From contig CAVSQR010000081.1 of assembly GCA_963729825.1 (NCBI GenBank), forward strand, positions 1,111 to 65,110: a stretch of 64,000 nucleotides of DNA, read 5' to 3'. Of this stretch, positions 30,991 to 42,449 are shown piece after piece. The first letter of the stretch is position 1, and each line of letters starts with the position of its first letter. This DNA is from an uncultured delta proteobacterium. Lineage in GTDB: Bacteria > Desulfobacterota > Desulfobulbia > Desulfobulbales > SURF-16. The notes below the pieces were generated by a model. The model was not told the DNA's origin and did no database searches. It was given only the letters and a program-made list of their open reading frames with translations. A program made the position numbers and the translations under genes.

Positions 30991-31608
30991 TTGTCGCAAA
31001 GCAAGAAAAAATCCATTATCCGCGAGTACTTAGAAGCAATAATCATCGCCCTGATTTTAGCTTTATTCATCAGAACTTTCGTTGTGCAGGCTTTCAAAAT
31101 TCCATCCGGCTCAATGATTCCTACACTGCTCATCGGCGACCATATATTGGTAAATAAATTTTGTTATGGTATTAAAAATCCTTTTACCGGAGAAACTTGG
31201 ATTCCGCTGGGAACCCCTGAAAGACTTGATGTGGTCGTGTTCAAATATCCGGAGAATCCTTCACAGGACTTTATCAAAAGGGTTATCGGTCTGCCTGGGG
31301 ACCGCATAGAAATTCACAACAAAAAAGTATATATTAATGGCAATCTCCTCAATGTGAAATATGCCGTTCACATGGACCCGAATATTTTCCCCGGACCCAA
31401 TCCCCCGCGAGACAATTTTGGGCCGATTACTGTTCCTCCCCACTCTCTTTTTGTCATGGGGGATAACAGAGACAACAGCCACGACAGCAGATTCTGGGGT
31501 TTTGTTGACTATACCGCCTTAAAAGGCAAGGCCTTCATGCTTTATTGGTCATGGAACAAAGAGCAATTTTCTGTACGATGGCGTCGCATTGGTGATATAA
31601 TCCATTAG
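30991..31608 (+). CDS. lepB: signal peptidase I
   Basis: Intact 205-aa ORF with a TTG start. Motifs: IPSGSMIPTLLIGDHILVNKF (Ser box), DFIKRVIGLPGD (Lys box), GDNRDNSHDSRFWGFV. Confidence 0.9.
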   Translation: MSQSKKKSIIREYLEAIIIALILALFIRTFVVQAFKIPSGSMIPTLLIGDHILVNKFCYGIKNPFTGETWIPLGTPERLDVVVFKYPENPSQDFIKRVIGLPGDRIEIHNKKVYINGNLLNVKYAVHMDPNIFPGPNPPRDNFGPITVPPHSLFVMGDNRDNSHDSRFWGFVDYTALKGKAFMLYWSWNKEQFSVRWRRIGDIIH

Positions 31609-31714
31609 TTAATTTTTTGGCAGTTTAGCAATAAATAATTTAAGCATTATCAGCGAGTTATATTTTTCTTCCTCTTTTGCAATTTCAATTCCGCACCGCC
31701 GGATTAAGCCCTTC

Positions 31715-32653
31715 ATGGAATCTGAATACCGTTTTCAGCATAGACATATCTTAGGAATCGAGGAACTTTCAGCCAGTGATATTGGCTTCATCCTTGACAC
31801 CGCCGAATCATTTAAAGAAATATCACAACGTCCGATTAAAAAAGTTCCAACCCTGCGCGGCAAGACAGTTATTCATCTTTTTTTCGAGCCAAGTACCCGC
31901 ACTCGTCTCTCCTTTGAAATTGCGGCCAAACGCATGAGCGCTGATACCTTTAACATCTCTGCCTCCACCAGCAGCGCCAAAAAAGGAGAAACCCTGATTG
32001 ACACGGCTAAAAATCTCACTTCGATGAATCCCGATATCATCGTGATCCGTCACTCAAGTTCCGGTTCACCTCACCTGCTTGCCCGTCACATTAAAGCATC
32101 GGTGATCAATGCCGGGGACGGGACCCATGAGCACCCGAGCCAATCGCTGCTCGATATGATGACTGTCCGTGAGAAGAAAGGCAAAATTGCCGGGTTGAAA
32201 ATAGCAATTATTGGCGATATAAGCCACAGCAGGGTCGCCCATTCCAATATTATCGGTTTTACGAAAATGGGAGCCCACGTTCATGTAAGCGGTCCTGCCA
32301 CCCTGATCCCCGCCGGTATAAAACAACTGGGGGCAATTGTCTGCCATCGGGTCGAAGATGCTGTTGCCGACGCCGATGTGGTCATGGCCCTGCGCATCCA
32401 GAAGGAGCGCCAGCTTGACCCGCTCCTGCCTTCCCTGCGGGAGTATGCAGCATTTTTCGGCATTAACAGAACCCTGTTGAAATCAGCAAAATCGGATGCC
32501 ATTATTATGCATCCCGGCCCCATCAATCGTGGTGTTGAAATGACTTTTGACGTGGCCGATGGCGAACAATCAGTGATTATGGATCAGGTCACCAACGGAG
32601 TAGCGGTCCGCATGGCCTTACTCTATCTGATTATGGGAGGCGAGGACCGATGA
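31715..32653 (+). CDS. pyrB: aspartate carbamoyltransferase catalytic subunit
   Basis: Intact 312-aa ORF with [23 protein letters not shown] and [11 protein letters not shown]. Confidence 0.95.
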   Translation: MESEYRFQHRHILGIEELSASDIGFILDTAESFKEISQRPIKKVPTLRGKTVIHLFFEPSTRTRLSFEIAAKRMSADTFNISASTSSAKKGETLIDTAKNLTSMNPDIIVIRHSSSGSPHLLARHIKASVINAGDGTHEHPSQSLLDMMTVREKKGKIAGLKIAIIGDISHSRVAHSNIIGFTKMGAHVHVSGPATLIPAGIKQLGAIVCHRVEDAVADADVVMALRIQKERQLDPLLPSLREYAAFFGINRTLLKSAKSDAIIMHPGPINRGVEMTFDVADGEQSVIMDQVTNGVAVRMALLYLIMGGEDR

Positions 32654-33945
32654 ATTCAACTCAGGCGTTACTCTTGCAAAATGCTCGCATCATTGACCCC
32701 GCAAATAATATTGATGAGCCCGGCGACCTGCTTATTGTTGATGGTGTAATCCGCCGGAAAGGGAAAGCCCGGTCAATCTCCTGCCCAGCCAACTGTCTGA
32801 CCATCGATCTGCAAGGGAAATGGCTTGTACCCGGCCTCATTGACATGCATGTCCACCTGCGGGAACCCGGCGAGGAATATAAGGAGACAATTGCCAGCGG
32901 CACCAGGGCGGCGGCGGCCGGCGGCTTTACCGCCGTGGCATGTATGCCCAACACCAACCCGGTCAATGACAACCAATCCGTCACATCTCTCATTCTGACC
33001 AAGGCCGCTGCAGAAGGATCTGCCAGGGTCTATCCTGTGGGGGCAATCAGCAAGAACAGCAAGGGAACGGAACTGGCCGAATATGGAGAATTGAAAAAGG
33101 CCGGCGCAGTTGCAGTTTCTGACGATGGACGTCCGGTGGCGAACAGCCAGCTCATGCGCCGCGCCCTTGAATACAGCGGCAATCATAGCCTGCTCGTTAT
33201 TTCCCATTCCGAAGAGGTCAGTTTAAGCGAAAACGGCGTGATGAATGAAGGTGCGCTCTCGACCAGGCTGGGATTACGCGGTATCCCCACGGTCGCGGAA
33301 ACTATCATGATTTACCGGGATCTGGCGTTGGCGGAATATGTCGGACGTCCCATCCATATTGCTCACATCAGCACCAGGGAGTCTGTCGATCTGGTGCGCC
33401 GGGCCAAGAATAAAGGGTGCCAAGTAACAGCGGAAACCGCGCCCCATTACTTTTCTCTTACTGAAGAAGCGGTGGGCATTTATAATACCCGGGCCAAAAT
33501 GAATCCGCCTCTTCGTTCGGCTGATGACCTGGCAGCTATCCGCGATGGACTACGGGACGGCACCATTGATGCCATCGCCACAGACCATGCACCGCACAGC
33601 GCCATGGAAAAAGATGTGGAATTTGATCAGGCGGCCAATGGCATCATCGGCCTGGAAACTGCCGTACCTCTTACCCTGGCCTTGGTCAGGGAAAACATCC
33701 TCACCCCGGCCAGAATGATTGAACTTCTCTCTGTCCATCCGGCAAGAATACTGGGAGTTGCGGGAGGATCACTCGCAGAGGGCAATGCAGCTGATATTAC
33801 GGTAATTGATCCGGAAAAAACTTTTGTTTACCGAGAAGAAGATGTTGTTTCGAAAAGTTTAAATTCCCCGTTTCTTGGCTGGGAATTAAAAGGCAAGGCA
33901 GTGCTGACGCTTGTCGCGGGCAAGATTACCTACAGGGATCTGTGA
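32650..33945 (+). CDS. pyrC: dihydroorotase
   Basis: Intact 431-aa ORF overlapping pyrB by 4 nt, with [24 protein letters not shown] and ATDHAPH. Confidence 0.93.
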   Translation: MNSTQALLLQNARIIDPANNIDEPGDLLIVDGVIRRKGKARSISCPANCLTIDLQGKWLVPGLIDMHVHLREPGEEYKETIASGTRAAAAGGFTAVACMPNTNPVNDNQSVTSLILTKAAAEGSARVYPVGAISKNSKGTELAEYGELKKAGAVAVSDDGRPVANSQLMRRALEYSGNHSLLVISHSEEVSLSENGVMNEGALSTRLGLRGIPTVAETIMIYRDLALAEYVGRPIHIAHISTRESVDLVRRAKNKGCQVTAETAPHYFSLTEEAVGIYNTRAKMNPPLRSADDLAAIRDGLRDGTIDAIATDHAPHSAMEKDVEFDQAANGIIGLETAVPLTLALVRENILTPARMIELLSVHPARILGVAGGSLAEGNAADITVIDPEKTFVYREEDVVSKSLNSPFLGWELKGKAVLTLVAGKITYRDL

Positions 33946-33992
33946 GAAAATTTTTTCTTTTTCCCTACTATCCACCCAATGCTCAACGGCCT

Positions 33993-34346
33993 TCAACTTT
34001 TAATATCAAGCAAACTTCCCACCATTTCATCAGAGAATTGAATCATCTTCAGATTGGCCTGGTAGAATCTCCGGTTGAGCATGGCCTGAGGAATCTCCTC
34101 GGCTATTTCCACATTTGACTTTTCCACCAGAGCATAACCCTCCGGACTCTGCTCGTAGGACAATGGCCCTGGTGTGTCAACCCTGCTCACCTGAGGTTCA
34201 ACCGCACCAGCCACTTCAGACTGAAAAGTCACCCGTGTCTTTTTAAAACCGTCAGTATTTACATTGGCAGTATTATCGGCAATTGATTCCTGTTTTTTTG
34301 CAAAAGCAGAAAGAGCGGAAAGGGATGAATGAATTGCAGAGATCAT
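33993..34346 (-). CDS. short flagellar basal-body rod protein-like protein (FlgB/FlgC family motifs), orphan
   Basis: Intact 117-aa ORF. It has the N-terminal rod motif SIADNTANVNTDGFKK and the C-terminal motif SNVEIAEEIPQAMLNRRFYQANLKMIQFSDEMVGSLLDI. Confidence 0.65.
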   Translation of the reverse strand: MISAIHSSLSALSAFAKKQESIADNTANVNTDGFKKTRVTFQSEVAGAVEPQVSRVDTPGPLSYEQSPEGYALVEKSNVEIAEEIPQAMLNRRFYQANLKMIQFSDEMVGSLLDIKS

Positions 34347-34454
34347 GTCAACCTCCTGTCGGCTATGCCGAAAACGAAAATTTTTGCCAAGGCAAAGAGA
34401 AAATTGATCTTTTAAAATATTTTAACAATTGACGACAAAGAAATCCAATTTTTT

Positions 34455-36764
34455 TTACACCTCTTCATCCTCGGCAGTCAATTTCTTCATATATCCACAC
34501 TTCTCGTTTGGGCATTTCAGATGAAGGCCCTGTCTTTTATTCTCCTTCTCCAGCAGGTAAGGAGACTGGCAATCCGGACAGGGTTCATTTACCGGTTTAT
34601 CCCATATGGCAAAACGGCATTTCGGGTAGTGATTGCAGCTGTAAAATATCTTTCCCTTTTTGGAGATTTTTTTAATCAGTTCGCCCCCGCATCCCTCCTC
34701 AGGGCAACGCACCCCTGTTTTTTCAGCCGGGATATGCTTACACTCTGGATACCCTGAACAAGCAAGAAATCTGCCGAAGCGGCCATTTTTATAGACCAAG
34801 GGCCGCCCGCATTTTTCACATTTCTCCCCGGAAAGCAGCGGCTCCTCTTTGTCCACGGGCACAATATTGCCCTCATCATCCTTTTTAAAATCCTGGGTAT
34901 TCTTGCATTCCGGATAATTTTCGCAGGCCAGAAATTCTCCTTTGCGGCCCCACTTGATAACCATGACGCCGCCACAGAGTTTGCATTTGATATCCGTGGG
35001 CACAGCGCTGCGCTTGACCGATTTCATATCACTTTTGGCCAGCTCAAGGGCCTGGCGAAAGGGACCATAAAAATCATGCAGAATCCTCAGCCAATCAACA
35101 GAACCCTCTTCAATCCTGTCAAGATTCTGCTCCATGGAGGCGGTGAATTCCGTATTCATTATGGCGGGAAAATGCCTGACCAGAAGGTCGTTGACCAGCT
35201 TGCCGAGATCCGTAGGATAAAACTTGCGCTGCTCCAGTTTCACATATTCCTTTTCCTGGATGGTGGACAAAATAGCGGCATAGGTACTGGGCCGGCCCAC
35301 TCCGTTTTCTTCCAGGGCCTTCACCAGGGTGGCCTCGGTATAGCGCGGAGGCGGCTGGGTAAAATGCTGTCCGGGATCAAGCTTTAACAGCTCAACACTT
35401 TGCCCTTCTTTCAGATCCGGCAAAATGACATCCCTATCCTGGTCCGCCGGCTGCGCGGTTTGGCTCTCATCGCGAGATTCCACATACAGAGTCATGAAAC
35501 CGAGAAAACGCACGATAGAGCCGACGGCCTTGAAACCGTATCTGCCGGCCTCAATGGTCACCGAGGTCTGGTCATAAATGGCCGGGGCCATCTGGCTTGC
35601 GACAAAACGTTTCCAGATCAGGGTATAGAGGGCCAGCATATCCTTCTCCAGATGGCTGGCAAGACTCTCCGGCGTTTTCGCAACATCAGTGGGACGAATT
35701 GCCTCGTGGGCATCCTGGGCTGATTTTTTTGCCCGGTAGATATTTGGTTTGGCCGGGAGATGTTTGTCGCCATATGCCGTGCGGATATAGTCGCGCACCT
35801 GCGCCAGTGCTTCATCATTGATTCGCGTGGAATCGGTACGCATATAGGTGATCAATCCGGTGGGCCCGTCTTCGCCTATGGCGATCCCCTCATAGAGACG
35901 CTGGGCCAGCATCATGGTTTTTTTTGCCGAAAAGCGCAGTTTCCGGTTGGCCTCTATCTGCAGGCTGCTGGTGATAAAGGGCGGACTCGGATTGCGCCGG
36001 GTTTTCTTCTTGTTGACCTTGTCAATAACAAAGGAGCAATCTTTTAATTCGGAGATGATTGCCTGAGCGTTCGCCTCATCGATGATACGATTATCTTGTT
36101 TGTTTGTCAGCTTCTGGCCGTTAATCTGCTCCAGTTGGGCTAAAAATGGAGGAGGGCCGTCCTGCTGTAATTCCGCGGTGATTGACCAGTACTCGATCGA
36201 GGTGAAATCAGCGATCTCCTGTTCCCGTTCGCAGACCATGCGGACCGCCACCGATTGCACCCGTCCGGCGCTGAGCCCCCGCCGCACCTTATCCCACAGC
36301 AAAGGAGAGATCTGATATCCCACCAGCCGGTCCAGAATGCGCCGGGCCTGCTGGGCCTCGAACTTATTCTGGTCAATATCCGTGGCGTTTTCTATGGCTG
36401 CAAGAATGGCCCTTTTGGTCAACTCATGAAACAGAACGCGGCGGACCGGTTTCTTGCCCGCCTCAATCGTCGTGGCGATATGCCAGGCAATGGCCTCCCC
36501 TTCGCGGTCCGGGTCAGGGGCTAAATAAATCTGGTCAGCCTTTTGCGCGGCACCTCGCAGCTCGGTAATAATTTTCGCCTTGCCGCGGATCGTTACATAT
36601 TTCGGCTGAAAATCATGTTCAACATCCACACCCAAAGTCTTTACCGGCAAATCGCAAATATGGCCCACCGAGGCCTTCACGGTAAAAGATTTGCCGAGAT
36701 ATCTCTGCAACGTACGCGCCTTGGCAGGCGACTCAACTATTATTAATGAATTAGACATAATCAC
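34455..36764 (-). CDS. topA: DNA topoisomerase I
   Basis: Intact 769-aa ORF with LIIVESPAKARTLQRYLG (Toprim) and YLAPDPDREGEAIAWH. The C-terminal region carries repeated CxxC zinc ribbons. Confidence 0.95.
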   Translation of the reverse strand: MIMSNSLIIVESPAKARTLQRYLGKSFTVKASVGHICDLPVKTLGVDVEHDFQPKYVTIRGKAKIITELRGAAQKADQIYLAPDPDREGEAIAWHIATTIEAGKKPVRRVLFHELTKRAILAAIENATDIDQNKFEAQQARRILDRLVGYQISPLLWDKVRRGLSAGRVQSVAVRMVCEREQEIADFTSIEYWSITAELQQDGPPPFLAQLEQINGQKLTNKQDNRIIDEANAQAIISELKDCSFVIDKVNKKKTRRNPSPPFITSSLQIEANRKLRFSAKKTMMLAQRLYEGIAIGEDGPTGLITYMRTDSTRINDEALAQVRDYIRTAYGDKHLPAKPNIYRAKKSAQDAHEAIRPTDVAKTPESLASHLEKDMLALYTLIWKRFVASQMAPAIYDQTSVTIEAGRYGFKAVGSIVRFLGFMTLYVESRDESQTAQPADQDRDVILPDLKEGQSVELLKLDPGQHFTQPPPRYTEATLVKALEENGVGRPSTYAAILSTIQEKEYVKLEQRKFYPTDLGKLVNDLLVRHFPAIMNTEFTASMEQNLDRIEEGSVDWLRILHDFYGPFRQALELAKSDMKSVKRSAVPTDIKCKLCGGVMVIKWGRKGEFLACENYPECKNTQDFKKDDEGNIVPVDKEEPLLSGEKCEKCGRPLVYKNGRFGRFLACSGYPECKHIPAEKTGVRCPEEGCGGELIKKISKKGKIFYSCNHYPKCRFAIWDKPVNEPCPDCQSPYLLEKENKRQGLHLKCPNEKCGYMKKLTAEDEEV

Positions 36765-36783
36765 TCAAAATAAAAAAGAAATT

Positions 36784-37902
36784 TTACACTGCCGCCGGGC
36801 ACCGCTTCTGGTATTGATTTCCCGGCAGGGACTCAACCAGCCCTTTCAGCTCCAGCATCAACAGCAATTCACTCACCTTCTGCACCGTCATCCCGCTTTG
36901 CCGGGTAATTTCATCAATGGTCTGCGGGTAGACATCAAGCAAGGCAAAAAGCCCGCTTTCCTCCTCCGTCAAAGCGACAGCATCACAACCCGGCTGCCAG
37001 GAAAGAGAAGAAGCAGGATGAACAGCGGCGGGAAAAGAGAATCTCCTCAACAATATCTTCAACGGTATGAACAAGCTTCGCACCTGCCTGCAGCAGCCGA
37101 TGTGTCCCTTCACTTTTGCAGGAATCTATCCGCCCGGGAACAGCGAAAACCTCCCTCCCCTGCTCCAGGGCAAAGTCTGCCGTGATGAGGGATCCGGATT
37201 TACGGGCCGCTTCAACCACCACAACCCCAAGCGAAAGACCACTTATGATTCTGTTGCGTGCAGGGAAACGGAAGGCTTCCGGCAAGGCGCCCAGGCGATA
37301 CTCGCTGACCAGGGCACCGCGGCAGGCGATTTCTTCATAAAGACTTCCGTTCTGGCGGGGATATACCACATCAAGGCCGCAGCCGAGTACGGCAAGGGTG
37401 GCACCGCTTGCCTGCAATGCACCCTTATGGGCGGCAGTGTCAATACCGAGAGCCAAACCACTTACCACAGTCAGCCCCCGTTGACAAAGCCTTTTGGACA
37501 GATCTTCGGCAATTCTCTGCCCGTAGACGCTTGCTGCTCTGGCTCCGACCACGCCGATGCAGGCACTCTGCAGCAGGGCGGCATTCCCTTTGACGTAGAG
37601 CAGAATGGGCGGGTCATCAATATTACGCAGCAGCTCCGGATATGCTTCCTGCTCCCGGGTGATAATCTCAATGCCCGACCCGGCAGCTCGTTCCAGTTCC
37701 TTTTCCGCAGCTGCACGGAGTTTTTCTTTGTTGATGCCGGCAATGATATTCGCCCTGAGGCCCGGCACCAATTTTCTGATCCGGCTCTGATCTGTCTCCA
37801 GCACCTGCTGCGGGCCGTCAAAAACAGCAGCAGCTTGTTCCAGCTCCTGATCCCCAGTCCAGGGGTCAGAGAGAGAGCCAGCCAGTCTAACAATTTGTTC
37901 AC
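36784..37902 (-). CDS. dprA: DNA-processing protein DprA/Smf (two frame changes as assembled)
   Basis: Fragments 37471-37902, 36983-37804 and 36784-37113, with VVGARAASVYGQRIAEDL, VVSGLALGIDTAAHKGAL and FPARNRIISGLSLGVVVVEAARKSGSLITA. The C-terminus is a winged-helix segment. Confidence 0.88.
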
Positions 37903-37913
37903 AGGCTCGGGAC

Positions 37914-39524
37914 TTATTCTTTAATGAAACTTTCCAGATGTTTTTTGCGGTTCGGGTGTTTCAATTTTTTAAGGGCCTTGGCCTCAATCTGCCGAATTCT
38001 TTCTCTGGTCACGGAAAAGGTTCTGCCAACCTCTTCCAGGGTGAGATCTTTCTCCGTATCAATACCGAACCGCATGCGCAGGACACTCTCCTCCCTCTCG
38101 GTCAGAGAACCGAGCACCTTTCTCAGCTGCTCGCGCAAATTGTCCCGGATGGTGGCCTCATGGGGTGAAACAGCCTCCACGTCTTCGATGAAATCGGTGA
38201 GATTACTTTCATCATCATTACCGATGGGGGTATCAAGCGAGATGGGCTCCTTGCAGATCTTCAGGATATTGCGCACCTTATCCAGATCAACATCCAGACG
38301 TTCCGAAATCTCTTCAGGTGTCGGTTCGCGCCCCTCATCCCGCAGAAATTCTTTCGAACCTTTCAACAGGCGGTTGATGGTATCTATCATGTGCACCGGA
38401 ATGCGGATGGTACGTCCCTGATCGGCAATCGCCCGGTTAATGGCCTGCCGGATCCACCAGGTGGCATAGGTACTGAACTTGAATCCCCGCCGGTATTCAA
38501 ATTTTTCCACGGCCTTCATCAGGCCGATGTTGCCTTCCTGAATCAGGTCAAGCAGCTGCAGGCCGCGATTCATATATTTTTTGGCAACACTGACCACCAG
38601 GCGCAGGTTGGCGTGGGTCAACTCTTTTTTGGCCTCGCGGCTGATCTCCTCGCCGATGGCGATCTGGGCCAGGACCTGCCCCAGTATTTCATAATCGATC
38701 CCGCAATCCTCCTCCAGATTGTAAATCATGGTATCCATTTTTGCGCTGCTGCCAGGATCGGCTTTTTTCCGGGCAAAAATCGCTTCAAACTGCCTCACCA
38801 GCTTTTTAATTTCCTTGATTCCATCATTTATATATTTGTTCTGCAGCAGGTCGTCCTGGAAAAGAGAGACGATGGAGTGAGTGGAACGATCCACCCGGAC
38901 CAAAATATTAACACCCGCAGCCTGATCGACATCTGGTTCCCGCAGATCAGCATGCAAGGCCTTCCGTTCCCGGTCAATACGCAGCGCCTCTGAGATCTGC
39001 CAGAGAAACCGTTCCCTTACCTTATCATTATCCTTATCATTCAAACCCCGGAGCACATCAGCAATTTCACAGTTTTGACCGAGCAGGTCCTCCTGGATAT
39101 CTTTAAGAATTTTAAGCATAAAAGGGCAAACCAACAAGCCGTTCTGGATCTGGCGTTGTCCCTTTTCAATTTTCTTGGCAATTTCTATCTCTTCGCTGGA
39201 AGACAACAGTGAAACAGCGCCCATTTCCCGTAAGTAGGCCTTCACCGGATCAATTTCGCGCATCATGGCGGCAGATGTTTCGCCGAAACTGATCATGTCC
39301 TCATCGCCGGCCGGGCTCTCCTTATCATCTATATCCCGATCATCCGCCGCATCATCACCAAACAGGAAGGTGAGGTCGTCCGCGGCCTCTTCAAACTGAG
39401 TATCCAGCGGTCCGAGATCGCCCGACGCAAAAAAATCGCCGCCCTCAGACATCTCCGCCGCCTCTGTCATATCACTTCCGTCAGTTCCGTCTTGTACAGC
39501 TTTTAATTTCTTTCTTTTTGCCAC
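37914..39524 (-). CDS. rpoD: RNA polymerase sigma factor RpoD (sigma-70)
   Basis: Intact 536-aa ORF with [58 protein letters not shown] and [27 protein letters not shown]. Confidence 0.95.
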   Translation of the reverse strand: MAKRKKLKAVQDGTDGSDMTEAAEMSEGGDFFASGDLGPLDTQFEEAADDLTFLFGDDAADDRDIDDKESPAGDEDMISFGETSAAMMREIDPVKAYLREMGAVSLLSSSEEIEIAKKIEKGQRQIQNGLLVCPFMLKILKDIQEDLLGQNCEIADVLRGLNDKDNDKVRERFLWQISEALRIDRERKALHADLREPDVDQAAGVNILVRVDRSTHSIVSLFQDDLLQNKYINDGIKEIKKLVRQFEAIFARKKADPGSSAKMDTMIYNLEEDCGIDYEILGQVLAQIAIGEEISREAKKELTHANLRLVVSVAKKYMNRGLQLLDLIQEGNIGLMKAVEKFEYRRGFKFSTYATWWIRQAINRAIADQGRTIRIPVHMIDTINRLLKGSKEFLRDEGREPTPEEISERLDVDLDKVRNILKICKEPISLDTPIGNDDESNLTDFIEDVEAVSPHEATIRDNLREQLRKVLGSLTEREESVLRMRFGIDTEKDLTLEEVGRTFSVTRERIRQIEAKALKKLKHPNRKKHLESFIKE

Positions 39525-39583
39525 AAGAATTACTCCTGCTGGGGAAAGTAGATCATTTCATGTAATAAAACGATACCAACATA

Positions 39584-41358
39584 TTATGTATACGAAACTT
39601 CGTCCATTTTTTTTTTCTGTTCCAGAAGCTCCATCAGTAAAACATCGTCACCTTCCAACTGGGCCTGACTGATACGCCGCAACAACCGTGACTTGCGATT
39701 CTGCCATGCCTGCTTGCGCACCCAGGCTGTCAGTTCGTCAATAAGCAGCTCCTTCATGTCGTCTGCGTAGGAGGGGGCCTCAATTAAGCAGACGGGCAAC
39801 CAGAGCCTTTTCCTCTCCCTGCAACCTGTCGAGCAGCACCTCGGCCCCATCCCCCTGACCGGTGAGGTCGAGATCCTTTAGTTGATCAAGAATAATCCTG
39901 GCGGAATCATTTTCATTATCGACAAGCTCATCCAGGCCCGCCTCGAGAAAATGGGGCAGGGCTTCCGGGTAGATGAACAGAAACTCCAACAGCCGTTCAT
40001 GTTGCCTGGACAGCTTCAACCCCGGCTTGCGCTGCTTTGCCGGTAAAGAAGGCCCGGCAGGGTGGATGCCGCCTTCACCTCGGCCAAGCAGGTCCTCTGC
40101 TTTGCAGGCCGAGTTTATCACTAAAATGTGAAACAAAAAGACTTTTTTGCAGCGTCCGGTTGCCGATAGCGGCAATTAAAGGCTGCAGATCCCTGACAAT
40201 TTTATTTTTCCCGGCCAGAGTCAAGCCATGCTCCTTCACCAGCCGGCTGAAAACAAACTCGGACAGCTCCATGGCCTGGGCCACTTTTTCCTCAAAGGCC
40301 TCCTTGCCGAAAGTGCCGACAAAGGTGTCCGGATCATGTTCCTCGGGCAGGACAACAATTTTGGCATCAAGCTGTTCCGTCAGAAAAAGCGGAACCGCCC
40401 GCATGGCCGCCTTCAGACCGGCCTGATCGCCGTCAAAAATCACAACCGCCTCTTCGGCATAACGCTTCAGAATCTTTACATGTTGCGCGGTCAAGGCCGT
40501 GCCGAGAGGGGCGGCGACATACGGCAGACCATGGGCAACCAGGGAAAGAAGATCAAAATTGCCTTCGACTATCAGACAGCGGCCGGCCTCCCGGATGGCG
40601 GATTTATTCTGGTAGAGGCCGAACAGGGTCTGGCTTTTATTAAAAACCGCGGACTCCGGGCTGTTCAGATATTTCGGCTGGCCGTCGCCCAGAATGCGGC
40701 CGCCGAAGCCGGCAACCTGTCCGCTTAAGGAAAAAATGGGAAAAATAACCCGGTCACGGAAGCGATCATACACGCCGCCTTTCTCCTTCTGCACCAGCAG
40801 GCCGGCTGCCACGGCAACCTGCTCGGCTTCGCCGGCGGAAGTCAAGGCCTGGGCCAGAAAATCCCAGCGGTCCGGCGCATAACCGAGCTGAAAACGGCTG
40901 ATCATTTCCCGGGACATCCCTCTCTTTTCCAGATATTGCCTGGCCTTGCCGGCTGCAGGATTTTTCAGCAGGAAGTCATGAAAAATGGTTGCCGCAACTT
41001 TGTTGGCAGCAAAAAGTCCTTCCCGCTCCCGCGTCTTCTTCAGCTCTTCGGGCGAAAGTTTACTCTCTTCAAGCTCAATGCCGTAGCGCTCGGCAAGTCT
41101 TGCCACCGCCTCAGGGAAGGTCAGATTATGATATTTCATCATAAATGACAAAACATCGCCGCTTTCATTACAGCCGAAGCAGTGGTAGAACTGGCGCTCC
41201 CTGTTTACGGTGAAAGACGGTGTTTTTTCAGAATGGAAGGGACAGAGGCCTTTATAGCGCACCCCGGCTTTCTGCAGGTGGACATGCTCACCTATCACCT
41301 CTATGATATCAACGGCATCTTTCACCCGTTGGGCGGAATTCTCCTGCAATGCTGCCAT
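39584..41358 (-). CDS. dnaG: DNA primase (two frame changes as assembled)
   Basis: Fragments 40075-41475 (trimmed to M40 at 41358), 39780-40175 and 39584-39850. It has the zinc finger CPFHSEKTPSFTVNRERQFYHCFGC and Toprim motifs EGNFDLLSL and VIFDGDQAG. It lies directly upstream of rpoD. Confidence 0.92.
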
Positions 41359-41696
41359 GGAACCTTCCTTTACTCTTGCCTGGAAAACATGTCTTCCCGC
41401 CCCGGCCAACGGCCTGGCAGCAGGGCATGATTTCGTGATGGAGAAATTTCCAGGCAAATAAGACTTTTTGCGCACAGCAAACGCTTTTTGCTTTGCCCTT
41501 TACCCTTTTTACTTTATCTTCAATTGTGTCAAGAAAAAAAACTCAGCCCGGCCGGGATCACCCAGGAAAATCCAGTTGGCAAGAGAGATACCATACACGC
41601 CAATGCTTTTATTCACAAGGGATTCCTGGCTTCGGCAGCTTGCCGTAATCTTGTATATAGCTTTTTATACCCTATCCTCGCCAAGGAGTAACGGCA

Positions 41697-42420
41697 ATGA
41701 CTTCCGACATTTCCCAATTTCTCAACTACGAGATCAAAAAGGAATTAGCCGACCGTTACTTCGGATTCCGCAAGCTCATCGAAGAGGACAAGGCCCATCT
41801 GGAAAAAGACATCTACCACCACACCCGCACCGTGGGCCAAAGGATTGTTTTTGATCTGAACCGGATCTACATCATGCTGCAGGATGAAGAGTTGATCCAC
41901 CGGTTTCTCGAAATCACCGGGCTTGAAGAAAAATTTTATTACGATCCCTATATTCTGACCTCGCCAAGCCTTGCGTTGCCGGATCTTTGCCGGGGTGAAA
42001 ACATGGGGCCTCACCGCCTCCGGCCGTTTTAAGCATCTGTTCATGGCAACCTATGAAAAGCTGACCCAGGACGTGGCCGAGTACCGGGAAAAATATGCCG
42101 AACTTGTCGACAGCCAGGAAACCATTGAAGAGGAAATCAAAATTTTTTATCGTAAAAATGACATCTGTACCATCATGAGTTTTTTGCGGGCCATGGATGC
42201 CGCAGATGCGTGCGGCAGCATGGAAGGCGCCATTGACACCGGTTTTTCAGATTACATTGACCGCTCCATGCGGGTGAAGCCCCCGGTACAGGTATGCGTT
42301 GAAATACCACTCATGCCGCCGCTTGTGCCCTTGCCGCAGATCAAAAAAGAGCTGAAAAAACTTGCCGAAGCCGCCTTCCCCCTGCATGAAGACGGCTTTC
42401 AGCTTCCGCAGACCGCTTGA
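41697..42420 (+). CDS. hypothetical protein (one frame change)
   Basis: Fragments 41697-42032 and 41971-42420 join into about 240 aa (MTSDISQFLNYEIKKELADRYFGFRKLIEEDKAHLEKD...). No recognisable motif. Confidence 0.5.
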
Positions 42421-42449
42421 GACAGACCAATGAAGAAGAAGGACAATGC

